NCBI GenBank assembly: GCA_963786955.1
Contig: CAWBAT010000005.1
Span: forward strand, 1,216,001 to 1,280,000
Origin: an uncultured Acidimicrobiia bacterium
GTDB taxonomy: Bacteria > Acidobacteriota > Terriglobia > Versatilivoradales > Versatilivoraceae
DNA length: 64,000 nucleotides
Direction of reading: 5' to 3'
Shown: positions 1-11,211 of the stretch, one piece after another
How positions within the stretch are numbered: position 1 is the stretch's first letter
Layout of the letters: every line of letters begins with the position of its first letter
Program-made: the position numbers and the translations under genes
Notes under the pieces: generated by a model
The model's database searches: none
What the model saw: the letters and a program-made list of their open reading frames with translations, nothing else
Told to the model about the DNA's origin: nothing

Positions 1-2444
1 TGATCGCTGATTTCGTGTTCCCCCTCTTCATGCTTTTTCAGAATGTCGCGAGCTCTTTCCAAGACGCTGGAGGGGAGGCCAGCAAGCCTGGCGACTTCAA
101 TCCCGTAACTCTTATCTGCTGCTCCCGGCTCCACCTTTCGAAGAAAAATAATTTCTTGACCCACTTCCTTGACGGAGACATGGTAGTTCTTCACTCCAGG
201 CAAAAGATCTGCCAGCTCGGTCAGTTCATGGTAATGAGTCGCGAACAAGACTTTGGAACGCAAGTGACAATGGAGGAATTCGATGACTGCCCAGGCTATC
301 GCCAATCCATCAAATGTGGCTGTTCCGCGTCCAATTTCATCCAAAATGACAAGGCTTCGGGAAGAAGCGGCATTGAGAATCACTGCCGTTTCGGTCATCT
401 CAACCATAAAGGTGGAGCGGCCGCGTGCGAGATTATCGGTTGCGCCGATTCGAGTGAAAATACGATCAATCAGCGGCAATCGCGCATAGTCTGCCGGGAC
501 AAAAGAACCCATTTGCGCCATGATGGAAAAAAGAGCCGTCTGCCGGAGGTACGTCGATTTTCCTCCCATGTTTGGTCCGGTAATGATGAGGATTTGATCG
601 GTGGAATCATTTAGATAGAGATCATTGGGAATGAACTTTCCAAGCGAAAGTTGATCGGTGAGCTGTTCGATGACCGGGTGGCGACCTCCTTTCACGATAA
701 ACTCGCCATCGGGTGCAATTTCTGGTCTGACATAAGAATGGGAATGCGCCACTTCAGTGAGAGAAATCAAGCAGTCTAATTGTGCCAGGGCCGATGCGCA
801 TCGCCTGATCCGTCACTGCTTCCAGCGCAACTTTGGAACGAAGTTCTGTAAAGAGCTCATATTCAATTTCTACCATCCGGTCTTCTGCCCCAAGAACTTT
901 ACGTTCATATTCCTTTAGTTCAGAAGTTGTAAACCGCTCAGCGCCGACCAGGGTTTGTTTCCTTTCGTAATGTGAAGGAACCAGGCCCAGATGGGACCTG
1001 GACACCTCGAGGTAATATCCAAAAATGTTATTAAACCTTACCTTTAGATTACTAATCCCGGAAAGAGAACGTTCACGGGACTCCAATTCTGCGATAAATT
1101 GCTTCCCTGAGGTACTGATCTGACGAAGCTCATCGAGCTCACTATGGTAGCCCTCTCGAATCAATCCGCCCTCAGTGAGCAGGATAGGAGGGTTATCTTT
1201 TAGAGCTTTTCCGATGAGTTCGGCAACGTCCTCCAATGGATCTGCCAAGTGGTTCAGTTCTTGGAGGCGCCGCGTGGCGAATGATCCCAAGCGGGTTTTG
1301 AGGAAAGGGATTTGTTCCAGGGATTGTCGGAGAGCGACAAGGTCCCGCCCGTTGGCTGTAGACAGCGTTACCTTGGAAAGCAATCGCTCGACATCGTAGA
1401 CCTTCTGAAGAAGTTTCTTAATTTCTTCGCGCTCGATCAATTTCCCTTTTAGTTCAGTAATGACATCTAGCCGCAATTGGATCTCGTTCAAATCAATTTC
1501 AGGGCGCAGCAACCAGCTTCTGAGCAATCGTGCGCCCATGCCCGTCGAAGTTCGATCCAGACAAGAAATCAAAGTCGCATGTCTGGTACCGTCGAAGAGA
1601 GATTCCACTAACTCAAGGTTACGGACCGTCGAGGAATCCAGTACCAGTGCTCCGCTCAGATCGTAGTATTTCAAATGGTCGATATGGCTTAGCCGGGCTT
1701 TCTGGGTGTCCTTCACATAATGTAAAACTGCTCCAGCCGCGGCCACAGCGAGCTTACGATCCTGGCAACCGAATCCTTCAAGGCTCATCACTCCAAAATG
1801 CTCGGTCAGCGTGCGTTCGGCGTAGTCTGTCGAAAAGATCCAATCTTCAATGATTGTTTGTGACGGGATAAACTGGACAATTTGGTGAAGCCTTTCGTGC
1901 GGCGGGAGAGAGGCATGAATCAGTTCTTTTGGTCTAAGGCGTTCTAGCTCGGTCTGAAACTGTTCAAAGCGTTTTCTCCCTTGAACTCCGTGGTCTGAAA
2001 GTCTCCCGTCGAAATATCGAGGGAAGCCAGGCCCACGCCGCTCCGATCTACCCACAGGGCACTCAAGAAATTGTTCTCCTGTGGTTCCAACAGGTTTCCG
2101 TCGGCAACCGTACCCGGAGTCAATACTCGGCTGACTTCCCGTCGAACCAGTTTTTGTGAAGGTTTGGGTCGTTCAACTTGGTCGCAGACGGCAATTTTGT
2201 ATCCTTTCCTGACGAGTTTTGCCATATAACTGTCTGCGGCGTGATACGGGACTCCACACATGGGTACGGACAGCCCTTTTTCCTTGTTTCGGGAAGTGAG
2301 GGTGATCTCCAGTTCACGGGAGGCGACTACAGCGTCCTCAAAGAAGAGTTCATAGAAATCCCCCAGACGAAAGAAGACGAGCGCATGCGGATATTCTTTC
2401 TTCACCCGATGGTACTGCGTCATCATAGGGGTTGAGGGTTCCAT
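1..2444 (-). CDS. mutS: DNA mismatch repair protein MutS; split by two frameshifts (~1975, ~815) and running off the window start
   Basis: N-terminal TPMMTQY...[15 protein letters not shown] mismatch-binding motif in ORF 1944-2582; core domain in ORF 754-2055; my translation of 1-810 gives the ATPase domain [15 protein letters not shown]...STFMVEM...DEIGRGT...FATHYHEL. Confidence 0.96.
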
Positions 2445-2655
2445 GGAATCCATTCTCCCTTGGCAGGAGGGGTCATGCGGAGAAACGGTTGGTGCCAAAA
2501 ATCCTGGAAGTATATAATTCCGGTGTTTACGAGTGTCAACGCGACCCGTTCCCGGTTGGCGGGCCTCGTGTACACAATACATTTAAACTCCGCATAGGGA
2601 GAAAAGAAAAAAGATCTTCTCGTGTTTTCGAATTCTCTGATGTGACCTCGGTCAA

Positions 2656-3340
2656 ATGAATATTCTCTGTATTGATACGTCCTCCAGTGCCGGAAGCGTC
2701 GTTCTCGTTTGTGGAGAAAGAGTTCTTGGAGAACTTCATGTGGATTCACTACAGACTCATTCTGCCCGCTTATTATCGGGGATCGACGCAGTTCTCAAGA
2801 GCGCCAATCAGACGATATCCAACGTGGATGGGTTTGCCGTGATCTCTGGGCCGGGGTCATTTACGGGGATTCGCATCGGGCTGACCACAGTGAAGGGATT
2901 GGCGGATTCAATGCGGAAACCCGCCATCCCGATAACGTCATTTGAGGCATGGGTCGAGAAACATCACGATCTTCAAGGCATCCTGGTTCCGCTCATTCCG
3001 GCACGTCGTGGCGAGGTCTACGCATGTGTTTACGAACGTCGGGGATCAGAATTAAAGATGCTTTCGGACGGGATCGGAGGAGAAGTGGCAAGTGTCATTG
3101 CACAGATTTCGGAGGCAGAAGTCAGTTTCATTGGTTTTGGTGCCCACCAATATCGAGAAATCATCGAGGGAAGAGGAAGAGGGCAATGGAAGATTTTTGC
3201 GACGGATCTCTTTCTAGGACAACCTATGGCTCGGATTGCATATCAGCGCGCCACCAAGAAAAGAATTTTGCTCTGCGCAAGACCTGGCTGCTTTCTACTT
3301 GCGACAGTCTGACGCGGAGATTCACTGGAAAGAAAGGTAA
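2656..3340 (+). CDS. tsaB: tRNA threonylcarbamoyladenosine biosynthesis protein TsaB; frameshift near 3260
   Basis: IDTSS, HSARLL, GPGSFTGIRIG, ARRGEVY motifs; the canonical C-terminus YLRQSDAE is in another frame whose TAA (3338-3340) overlaps the rimI ATG. Confidence 0.93.
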
Positions 3341-3852
3341 TGGTTTCCGTTCGACCCATGCAGGAAGAAGATATTCCAGGCATTATCGCCCTTGAAAATA
3401 GCTGGGATTATCTGAGCAAGTGGGGAGAGCAAGGATACCGTGCAGCACTGGCGAACCCAATCATCTATTATTGTTTTGTGGCTGAAGAGGAAGGGGTTGC
3501 GGTTCCAGAAGGGCCAGCGCACGAATTGGCAGGCTTGGCCATCTTCGCACAGTTGTTTGATCATAGTGAAATCTGCAATATTGTAGTGGCCCGTCAGTAC
3601 TTGTCCAAAGGTGTCGGACAAGAATTGATTCAGGCGTGTATTCGGCTCTCCGAAAAAATGGGTCTTTCGCCTATGCTTTTGGAAGTTAGGCAGTCCAATG
3701 AACGGGCCATTCGGTTTTATGAAAAAAATGGTTTCCACAAAATTGCCGAGCGTAAGGATTACTATATGGATCCAAGAGAAAACGCTTGGGTGATGGAGAG
3801 GACAATCCAAGCGGCAGGTACTGACGGACAACGCCAGGCTACTCAATTATGA
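3340..3852 (+). CDS. rimI: Ribosomal-protein-alanine N-acetyltransferase (GNAT)
   Basis: LEVRQSNERAIRFYEKNGF...RKDYY..PRENAWVM motif; follows tsaB. Confidence 0.9.
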   Translation: MVSVRPMQEEDIPGIIALENSWDYLSKWGEQGYRAALANPIIYYCFVAEEEGVAVPEGPAHELAGLAIFAQLFDHSEICNIVVARQYLSKGVGQELIQACIRLSEKMGLSPMLLEVRQSNERAIRFYEKNGFHKIAERKDYYMDPRENAWVMERTIQAAGTDGQRQATQL

Positions 3853-4251
3853 ACGAACGAGGAACCCACACAGCAGGGTGGTGGGCCTCATCCAGAAGAA
3901 CGGGCTTTCTTTCTTTGTCCAAGCTCTACCTCGGTAGGAGAAGAGTAGGAGGTGTGGAAGACTGCGGGCTCCGCCATGGATTCCCCCGTTGATAGAAAGT
4001 GTGCATTATGACTTGTTTTTGCAATCGAGCTGAGGAGGAAGCTACCATGAGCGGGAAGCAGAAGCCATTGTCGATGATGCGGAGAAGAGGTAATGGGCTT
4101 CGGGGAGTGCCTTCTCACTGTCCTGAATGGCGGGAACGCAGTCTCGAATCTCTTGCACCCATGAGCTCGCGCCCGATTCTCAAATTTTCCAAGGGTCGGG
4201 CACAGATCTTGGCGGTATCGGCACGACAGTCGAGCCGTTCTTTGTGAAATG

Positions 4252-4581
4252 TTATCTCTTGACTTGTGCAGGTTCGACCACGGCGGACATCGATCCCCGA
4301 CAATGCGGGATTCTTTGATCAGGCCCGTAGGCATGAACCTGATCGCGGCCAAATTCCGCCTCTTTTAGGCTGCAGGTGACGAGGATCGTTCGCCCGGTTA
4401 AATCCACTTCCATAGCGTGGCTGAAGGCTTCCTGAGTTGAAAAATAGAATAGGAACTGCAACATCTCAATAACATAGTCGTAGCTGTGGTCATCGTCATT
4501 AAGGAGAACCACGTTGTAGAGAGGTTCTGCCGCGGGTTGCTTTTGGGTTCGAGTGTCTTTGTCGGCCTTGGTGGATGGCAT
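4252..4581 (-). CDS. clpS: ATP-dependent Clp protease adaptor ClpS
   Basis: YNVVLLNDDDHSYDYVIEML...AMEVDLTG motif. Confidence 0.92.
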   Translation of the reverse strand: MPSTKADKDTRTQKQPAAEPLYNVVLLNDDDHSYDYVIEMLQFLFYFSTQEAFSHAMEVDLTGRTILVTCSLKEAEFGRDQVHAYGPDQRIPHCRGSMSAVVEPAQVKR

Positions 4582-4839
4582 CGTTCAGGCTGGCAGGAAG
4601 AATCACTACTAAATTCATGCATCGAAACACACTCACATCATAAAACAGCTTATCAGTCAGGTAAAGAACGGTGTCATCAGCAACAGGTTCTTTTTAAATG
4701 AACTCAAACTTGTTGCACGAAACTTTACAATTCAACTACCGTGGCCTGGTAAAATGAAAGTACTTTTAGGTGTGAAATTCATTTCGTGATTCAATCGGTA
4801 CTGTTCCATTTGCCGTTAGTCCCTAAAGGAGGACTTTCA

Positions 4840-6072
4840 ATGCTGGACAAAAAGATTGGCCGTCGAAAATTCGTCAAAAATGTTTCCATGGCCGGGGCTT
4901 CAGCAGTTATAGCCACTTCGCGTACAAGACCCGTTCTCGGCGCCAATGATCGTGTCGTGATGGGAATCATCGGTTCGGGCGGCATGGGCCGGAATCATCT
5001 GAATAAAACCAAGACTCTGGGAGTGGAATGGGTTGCTGTAGCCGACGTCTACGATGTCAATCTTCAAAAGGGGCTCGAGATTGCTGGTCCTGCCGCGAAG
5101 GGTTATACGGATTATCGACAATTACTAGACCGAAAAGATATCGATGCCGTGTTGATCGCTACCCCCGAACACTGGCATCATGATCATCTTCTTGCCGCTC
5201 TCAAGGCTGGTAAGGATGCGTATTCCGAAAAACCAATGTCCTGGTCGATCGAGCAAGGATTGGACATGGTCAATGCAGTTCGCAAGACCGATCGAATCGT
5301 TCAAATCGGGATGCAGCGGCGAAGTTCCCCCCTAGTCCGTGAAGCAAAGGCGATTATTGACGAAGGACTTATCGGGGAAATCAATCTGGTCCGAGCAGAG
5401 TGGTATTGGAATATTCCAATGCTTAGTCGAGATCCCACGCTGCCTGGCAAACTTGATTGGGATGCATTTCTGGGGCCTGCCCCGAAGATCCCTTTCGACG
5501 CCATTCGCTTCAGGAATTGGCGATTCTTTTGGGATTACTCGGGCGGAAACATGACGGATCAGGGTACCCATTTGCTCGATGTCATTCAATGGTTCAACAA
5601 TGTTGAACAACCCATTGCAGCTCAAACATACGGCACCGTTTACAAACTCCAGCCTTCTCAGACCCCAGACACATTTTGCGCGATATTCGAATTTCCCAAA
5701 TTCATGTGTACCTGGACCCTAGCCTACATGAACACATTCATGAAAGGTTGGGGGGTTGTCTTTCAAGGACAGAAAGGAACTCTGGAATTGTCCGAAGATG
5801 GATATCGCGTCTTTGCTGAACCCTGGAGCGAGAAAGGCTACGATCGATTTAAGACGCCGACTCCGATCCGGCAAAATCTCGCGGGTGGAGCGACCGATAC
5901 CCTTCCCCATTGGGCAAACTTCCTGGAATGTGTCAAATCTCGAAAGCAGCCAAATGCGACGGTTGAAATTGGGTTCCGTGCGGTGAGGCCATTGCATCTG
6001 GCGAATATCGCCCAGCATAATTTGAATCGAGCAGAGCTCGGGGCAGATGGTTATTCCGTAAGATTATCATAA
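4840..6072 (+). CDS. Gfo/Idh/MocA family oxidoreductase with Tat signal peptide
   Basis: GRRKFVK twin-arginine signal, GIIGSGGMG Rossmann motif, ATPEHWH and EKPMS motifs; RBS AAGGAGG upstream of ATG 4840. Confidence 0.9.
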   Translation: MLDKKIGRRKFVKNVSMAGASAVIATSRTRPVLGANDRVVMGIIGSGGMGRNHLNKTKTLGVEWVAVADVYDVNLQKGLEIAGPAAKGYTDYRQLLDRKDIDAVLIATPEHWHHDHLLAALKAGKDAYSEKPMSWSIEQGLDMVNAVRKTDRIVQIGMQRRSSPLVREAKAIIDEGLIGEINLVRAEWYWNIPMLSRDPTLPGKLDWDAFLGPAPKIPFDAIRFRNWRFFWDYSGGNMTDQGTHLLDVIQWFNNVEQPIAAQTYGTVYKLQPSQTPDTFCAIFEFPKFMCTWTLAYMNTFMKGWGVVFQGQKGTLELSEDGYRVFAEPWSEKGYDRFKTPTPIRQNLAGGATDTLPHWANFLECVKSRKQPNATVEIGFRAVRPLHLANIAQHNLNRAELGADGYSVRLS

Positions 6073-6307
6073 TTGGGGCCTTGTACTACCTGGTCCACTG
6101 CAAATTCATAATTTGAGGGTAAGTCTAGAGGGTGTCGGGTTTCTACTCTTGCCTAGGATTAGTACCGTGGTCGGCAATTGCACGCGACGTTTTTTGTCTC
6201 CTGCGGATTGGGTGTGCTTGCAAATCTGGAAAATCCCGTTAAGATAATCTATCCCATTCAAGGATACGTTTGCCCCTGAAGACGAAACCTAAAGGAGAGT
6301 ACTTAAA

Positions 6308-6740
6308 TTGCGATATCCTGAAGATTTTATTGGCCCAATGCGAAAAGAACTGACTCGCCTTGGGGTTATTGAAACAAAAACCCCTGAGGAAGTGGACAAG
6401 CTAATAGCTCCTGGAAGCGGTATAGTGATGATGATTGTTAATTCGATGTGTGGCTGTGCAGCCGGAGGCGCGCGCCCTGGGATCGCCTTGGCATTGCAAC
6501 ATTCGGTTTTGCCCGATAAGGTCGCGACCGTTTTCGCGGGCGGCGATGTTGAAGCGACGGCCAGAGTTCGTGAACACCTGAAAGAATTACCCCCCCTCCT
6601 CCCCTTCTGTGGCACTGTTTCAAGATGGGAAGCCGCTATTCATGTTGCACCGCCATCAGATTGAGGGTCGCGATCCGGTAGCGATTGCCAATTCTTTGAC
6701 TCAGGCTTTCGATGAACTCTGCGTGAAAGAGCCAAAGTAA
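6308..6740 (+). CDS. BrxA/BrxB family bacilliredoxin; frameshift in a C7 run at ~6590
   Basis: NSMCGCAAGGARP and TVFAGGDVEAT motifs; removing one C restores PPSSPSVALFQDG...HRHQIEG through to TAA at 6740. Confidence 0.88.
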
Positions 6741-6841
6741 CGAAGTGGGACATTAATTCCTTTGATATTGGTCTGCAATTCCCATAGACTAAATTTGATG
6801 GATTAGGCTCCCCTGTTGGACTTTTGTTGTAGGAGGTTACC

Positions 6842-7015
6842 ATGCTAGGCGGAAAAATCGGTCTTCCTGAATTGATTATCATACTGGCAATTGTCTTTTT
6901 TCTGTTTGGTGCAAAGCGATTACCCGAAATTGGCAAAGGGATAGGGGAAGGGATCAAGAACTTCAAGGGTGCAATGAAAAAAGACGAGAAGGACCTCCAG
7001 GAGAACAAAGATTAG
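6842..7015 (+). CDS. tatA: Twin-arginine translocase TatA subunit (57 aa, not in the ORF track)
   Basis: My translation is [42 protein letters not shown]...; RBS AGGAGG upstream. Confidence 0.93.
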   Translation: MLGGKIGLPELIIILAIVFFLFGAKRLPEIGKGIGEGIKNFKGAMKKDEKDLQENKD

Positions 7016-7093
7016 AATGGATTTTGAGAGTACCAGCCCTGGACCTTCCCTCCCATTGAGAAAACCTCAGTAGAATATCGCATCTGCCAGGTG

Positions 7094-8818
7094 TCAAGTC
7101 GCTTTCAGCGCGACAATCGTTTGATCATCATATTTCCTGTTATCCAGCGAAAACTGCTCAATCTCCGAGAGGATTTTATCTACTAATCTCTTCACTGGAA
7201 GGGACGAGTAGCGCGCCACGGCTTCTTTTAGGCGATCCACTCCGAATTCCTCTGCCCGCAGATCCCTGGCTTCGAGCAAGCCATCAGTATAGAAAATCAC
7301 ACAATCGCCTGGATTTAGCGCGACCTTAATTTCTCGGTATTCCGCTTCATCGAAAAGACCCAAGGGAAACCCTTGAACGGAGAGAACCTCGGCCTTTCCT
7401 CCCCGGCATACAATGAGCGGAGGGGATCCGGCGTTGGAGTACTTGAGGATCCGGGTATTCCCATTATAGATTGCATAAGAGAGGCTCATAAAGCGCCCCT
7501 CGATGGCGCGCTGTCGTAACGAGATGTTCATGAGCCGCAACATTTCTGCTGGCGAATACTTTCGCCCAGCTCGGGTTCGCAAAATGCCGCTGGCAACAGC
7601 ACCATAGAGGGCTGCAGGTGCTCCCTTGCCGGATACGTCGCCAATGGCAATAGCGACTGTATCGTCGTCATAAGAGAAAAAGTCGTAAAGATCCCCCCCT
7701 AGAATCCGGGCAGGGCGGAATTCTGCAAAAAAGGTTGTATTAGGGATTTCGGGATACTTGTCGGGAATGAGGGAATATTGAATTTCGCGGGCAAATTTCA
7801 GCTCACGATCCAGCAAGGCTTCGGCTGCGACCACTCTCTCATATAGTCTGGCGTTTTCAATTGCGACCGCCACATGGCTTGCCAATGCCATGAGGGTCTC
7901 CTCATGAAAGGGTGTGAAGTAGTTCAGGAATGGACTTTGGAGATCGAAAACACCGATGGCTTTGTCTTTGTAGATCAGCGGGATGACAAGCTCTGAACGT
8001 GTTTCTGGAGTAACGCTGATATAGCGAGGATCTTTGGTCACGTCATTGATGAGAAGAGGACGCTTTTTCGTGACCGCGGTCCCGACGAGCCCTTTTCCCA
8101 ATGGGATTCTCGATTTCTCCTTGGCATCACGATTGTACTTCACGGAAAGCCAGGATCGAAGCACCTGCTCTTCTTCGTCCACGAGCAGGATAGAAAAGAT
8201 GTGGTAGTGAAAGACCCGGCGGAGCTGCTCCGCGACTTTCTTCAGAAGTTGTTCGAGATCAAGAATCGAGGAGAGTTCTTTCCCGATCTCGTTGAGAGTT
8301 TCAAGCATCTCACTCTTTGATACAAGACTCTCATAGAGGAGCGCATTGTCAATAGCGACAGCCAGTTGGGATGCTAACAGGGTTAAGACTCTCTGGTGAT
8401 AGGGTTGGAAATAATTGGGCTGGGGACTTTCGATGTCCAGAACTCCGACCAGGCGATTCCTCGAGAGCAAAGGAATCGCGAGCTCAGAGCGGACGCCTTC
8501 AATCAGATCAATGTAACGAGAATCTCGGGTTACGTCAGGGACCAAAATCGGTTCACGGCGTAACGCAGCGGTGCCTACCAAACCTTCTCCAATTTTGATG
8601 TGCGTCCCTTTAACATTGTCAGGGTATCCCAAAGTAAATCGCCAATAGAGGTCCTTCCGGATTTCGTCGACCAGTAGAATAGCGAAAATCTGGTAGTCGA
8701 TGAACCGGCGGGTAGTTTCGGCGATCTTCTCCATAAGTTCGTCGAGGGAAAGAATTGAATTGATTTCTCGACCCACTTCGAAAATCAGCTCAAACAGGTT
8801 CTCTTGGTTCGTGGTCAA
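7094..8818 (-). CDS. GAF-GAF-SpoIIE (PP2C) serine phosphatase, RsbU-like
   Basis: Two GAF domains (RSELAIPL, RSELVIPL) plus GGDLYDF, GDVSGKG, YTDGL and DDQT motifs. Confidence 0.92.
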   Translation of the reverse strand: MTTNQENLFELIFEVGREINSILSLDELMEKIAETTRRFIDYQIFAILLVDEIRKDLYWRFTLGYPDNVKGTHIKIGEGLVGTAALRREPILVPDVTRDSRYIDLIEGVRSELAIPLLSRNRLVGVLDIESPQPNYFQPYHQRVLTLLASQLAVAIDNALLYESLVSKSEMLETLNEIGKELSSILDLEQLLKKVAEQLRRVFHYHIFSILLVDEEEQVLRSWLSVKYNRDAKEKSRIPLGKGLVGTAVTKKRPLLINDVTKDPRYISVTPETRSELVIPLIYKDKAIGVFDLQSPFLNYFTPFHEETLMALASHVAVAIENARLYERVVAAEALLDRELKFAREIQYSLIPDKYPEIPNTTFFAEFRPARILGGDLYDFFSYDDDTVAIAIGDVSGKGAPAALYGAVASGILRTRAGRKYSPAEMLRLMNISLRQRAIEGRFMSLSYAIYNGNTRILKYSNAGSPPLIVCRGGKAEVLSVQGFPLGLFDEAEYREIKVALNPGDCVIFYTDGLLEARDLRAEEFGVDRLKEAVARYSSLPVKRLVDKILSEIEQFSLDNRKYDDQTIVALKAT

Positions 8819-9199
8819 GGAGAGCTATCCTTCTTGCCTCAACGGCATCATGGGTCTATCTGGCCTGGTATTCTTCTCAGACAAGCGTGGTTTTAAACCG
8901 TCCTTAGGAAAATACATCCCGCCAACCCATTTGAAAAGAGGAGAATGGAAACACAGGGACGGGCGTGGACTCCTGAGGGTACTTGGCTACCATTCGCGGG
9001 GATGATCGATTCGGGATGCATAGAAACGGTTTCTCTGCTTGTATTTGCCTTCTTCTAAGTTTCAGGAGTCCGTGCTGCAACTGGTCCCACTGGGGTCATC
9101 GTTCCCAGCTAGAGCCGTCCATCCCAATGGGTACAACTTAGCTAGGCTACCCACGAACGAAATACCGGCTGAGAGCCAAGAAGTAAGGGACGGAACGCT

Positions 9200-9868
9200 C
9201 TAAAGAGCACAACTGCAGTCACCCGGAATGGCGACTAGGCTACTCCTCAATAATTGATTTTCCAACTCTTCGATTCTGGTGACTCGATACTGATAGCGAT
9301 CTCCATCGAATGATGTGTTGAGCCAGGTTGAGAGGATTAATTTCATTTGGTCGATGGAATTGGCTTCAGGGCTTAAAGCCAGGAAATTGGCATCATCATA
9401 TTTGCGGGAATTACTGGCGCTCAACCGGTCATAGCACAATGCGGCTCGAATTCCAGGCATCTTATTGGCCAGGATATAAGACCCGGTGCCGGCGCTCTCA
9501 ATGGCTACCGCCCGATGTGCCTCTCCAATACTCACGGCAGTGGCAACTCTTAGCTCGGCTGAGGGGCAACGGCTGTTGTCCTGAAGGTCGTCACCACAAT
9601 CCAGGACCACATACCCATCTCTTTCGAGAAACTCACCTAATTGCGATTTCAGCGCCCCACACTCCTTATCGCTACTCATGGCGATGCACTTGCTACGAGG
9701 TTTCAGATCCAAAATAGTTGCAAGGTTCTCACACTCAATAATTGTGCTTTGTCGTTGGACTGCTAATTCGCGGGCCAGCGCAGTCACAATAGTCCCTTTT
9801 ATTACATAACAAGGACTTCCAGGTAAGAGGTTACTAATGTCATCCCCAGTGAGAACTTGATTTTTCAT
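9200..9868 (-). CDS. RpiB/LacAB-family protein with an N-terminal extension and substituted catalytic motifs
   Basis: [12 protein letters not shown] and DANFLAL fold signatures; canonical DH, CGTG, HN and RH residues are replaced. Confidence 0.75.
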   Translation of the reverse strand: MKNQVLTGDDISNLLPGSPCYVIKGTIVTALARELAVQRQSTIIECENLATILDLKPRSKCIAMSSDKECGALKSQLGEFLERDGYVVLDCGDDLQDNSRCPSAELRVATAVSIGEAHRAVAIESAGTGSYILANKMPGIRAALCYDRLSASNSRKYDDANFLALSPEANSIDQMKLILSTWLNTSFDGDRYQYRVTRIEELENQLLRSSLVAIPGDCSCAL

Positions 9869-10413
9869 TCTTCCTCAAAATGGAAATGGTCGTCAAATTT
9901 CGGAACTTCTGGGCATAATCCAGTCCATACCCAACGACAAACTCATCAGGAATCTCAAAGCCCACATAGGTGGCTGCTACATCTTTGGTTCTTCGGGACC
10001 GCTTACTTAAAAGAGTGCAGATGTTCAGGGAATTCGGACCGCGTGTCCAGAGATAACGAGACAAATAAATCAAGTGTCAGGCCGGTGTCCAGAATGTCCT
10101 CCACGATCAAGACTTCTCTCCCTTGAATCGTAGAATCCAGATCTTTGACGATTCTGACCTCGCCGGAGGAGCGCTGACTTTCCTTATAACTAGAAACCGC
10201 CATGAAATCCAAAGTAGTGTTTTTGGGCAAATATCGGATCAAGTCCGCCAGAAAAATACAAGCACCTTTAAGGATGCAGATCAGATGCAGCTGCTTCCCC
10301 GTATAGTCGTCCGTTATCCGGATTCCTAATTCTTTGACTTTGGCCTGGATTTGTTGCGCGTCGATTAGAACATCTAGTTGAGTTGACACCTCAAGGGTAT
10401 CAGGCGTCATCAT
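9840..10413 (-). CDS. hpt: Hypoxanthine phosphoribosyltransferase; frameshift ~10065
   Basis: [12 protein letters not shown] and [14 protein letters not shown] in one frame; [16 protein letters not shown] in the next. Confidence 0.92.
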
Positions 10414-10581
10414 TAAACCCCAGATATATTTGATGCCCGAATTATTCTACTGTATCCTATCCGTAATCGTGGTGCAAGCCGGACGCGCAGGAAGGCAGCT
10501 TGACAATGATCAGGCGCTCTTCTTATCATGCCATGGCGATTGAGTATTAAGAATAATTCCGCAGCGAAGGAGCAATCGGTA

Positions 10582-10952
10582 ATGATCAAGAAAGTGAGCT
10601 TAATAATCGGTTGTCTGTTCGTGGCGGTTTCCATGGCCGGAACATTGCCCAAGGGAAGAAAGTGACTTTTGCCGGTTACCTGCTGGATCAAATGTGTGGT
10701 GCAGAGGTGAAGGACACGGCCAAGGCTGCAGAACACTCAAAGGAATGCGCCCTCATGGATCACTGCGTTGCAGCGGGCTATGGGATCTTCGCCGAAGGGA
10801 AGTTTATCAAGTTCGATGCCCAGGGTAACAAGAAAGCCAAGGCATTCCTTGAGAGTAGTAAAAAGGAAAAAGGCATTCTGGTTATCTTGGAAGGAAATCT
10901 TAATGGTGACGTCTTGACGGTCTCGGCGATAAAGGAAAGGGGTGTTAAGTAG
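10582..10952 (+). CDS. Small exported hypothetical protein; frameshift ~10650
   Basis: Signal-like MIKKVSLIIGCLFVAVSMAG from ATG 10582 (AAGGAG RBS), joining the frame that reads GYLLDQMC...HSKECALMDHCVAAGYGI. Confidence 0.6.
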
Positions 10953-11211
10953 GGGTATCGTGCTGTGGCCTGGCTGAATGTTTATCTGTGGCTCCCTCTT
11001 GCTTTGAGTTTTGAAACATGAATTTGTTCTTGATCAGTAGCGGCCAGACTTAAATCCCGTGTGAAGTTGCCTTGGTTCGAGAATTTTCTTTCTCCTGTGA
11101 GAGCCAAGGGAAGTGTGTTAATCAAGGAAGAGTTGGTTTTTTCTTCGCCAAAACCTGAATGAAAGATTCTGTTAAGTAGCCTGATTTTAAGAAACGGAGG
11201 AGGTCTTTTTT

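Noticed and set aside
15-614. 199-aa plus-strand ORF
   Set aside because: Antisense shadow of the MutS ATPase domain
3850-4250. Possible decayed NUDIX/MutT-like gene after rimI (VVGLIQKNG...W...ELRRKL)
   Set aside because: No intact Nudix box, multiple stops, and the similarity is too weak to support by eye
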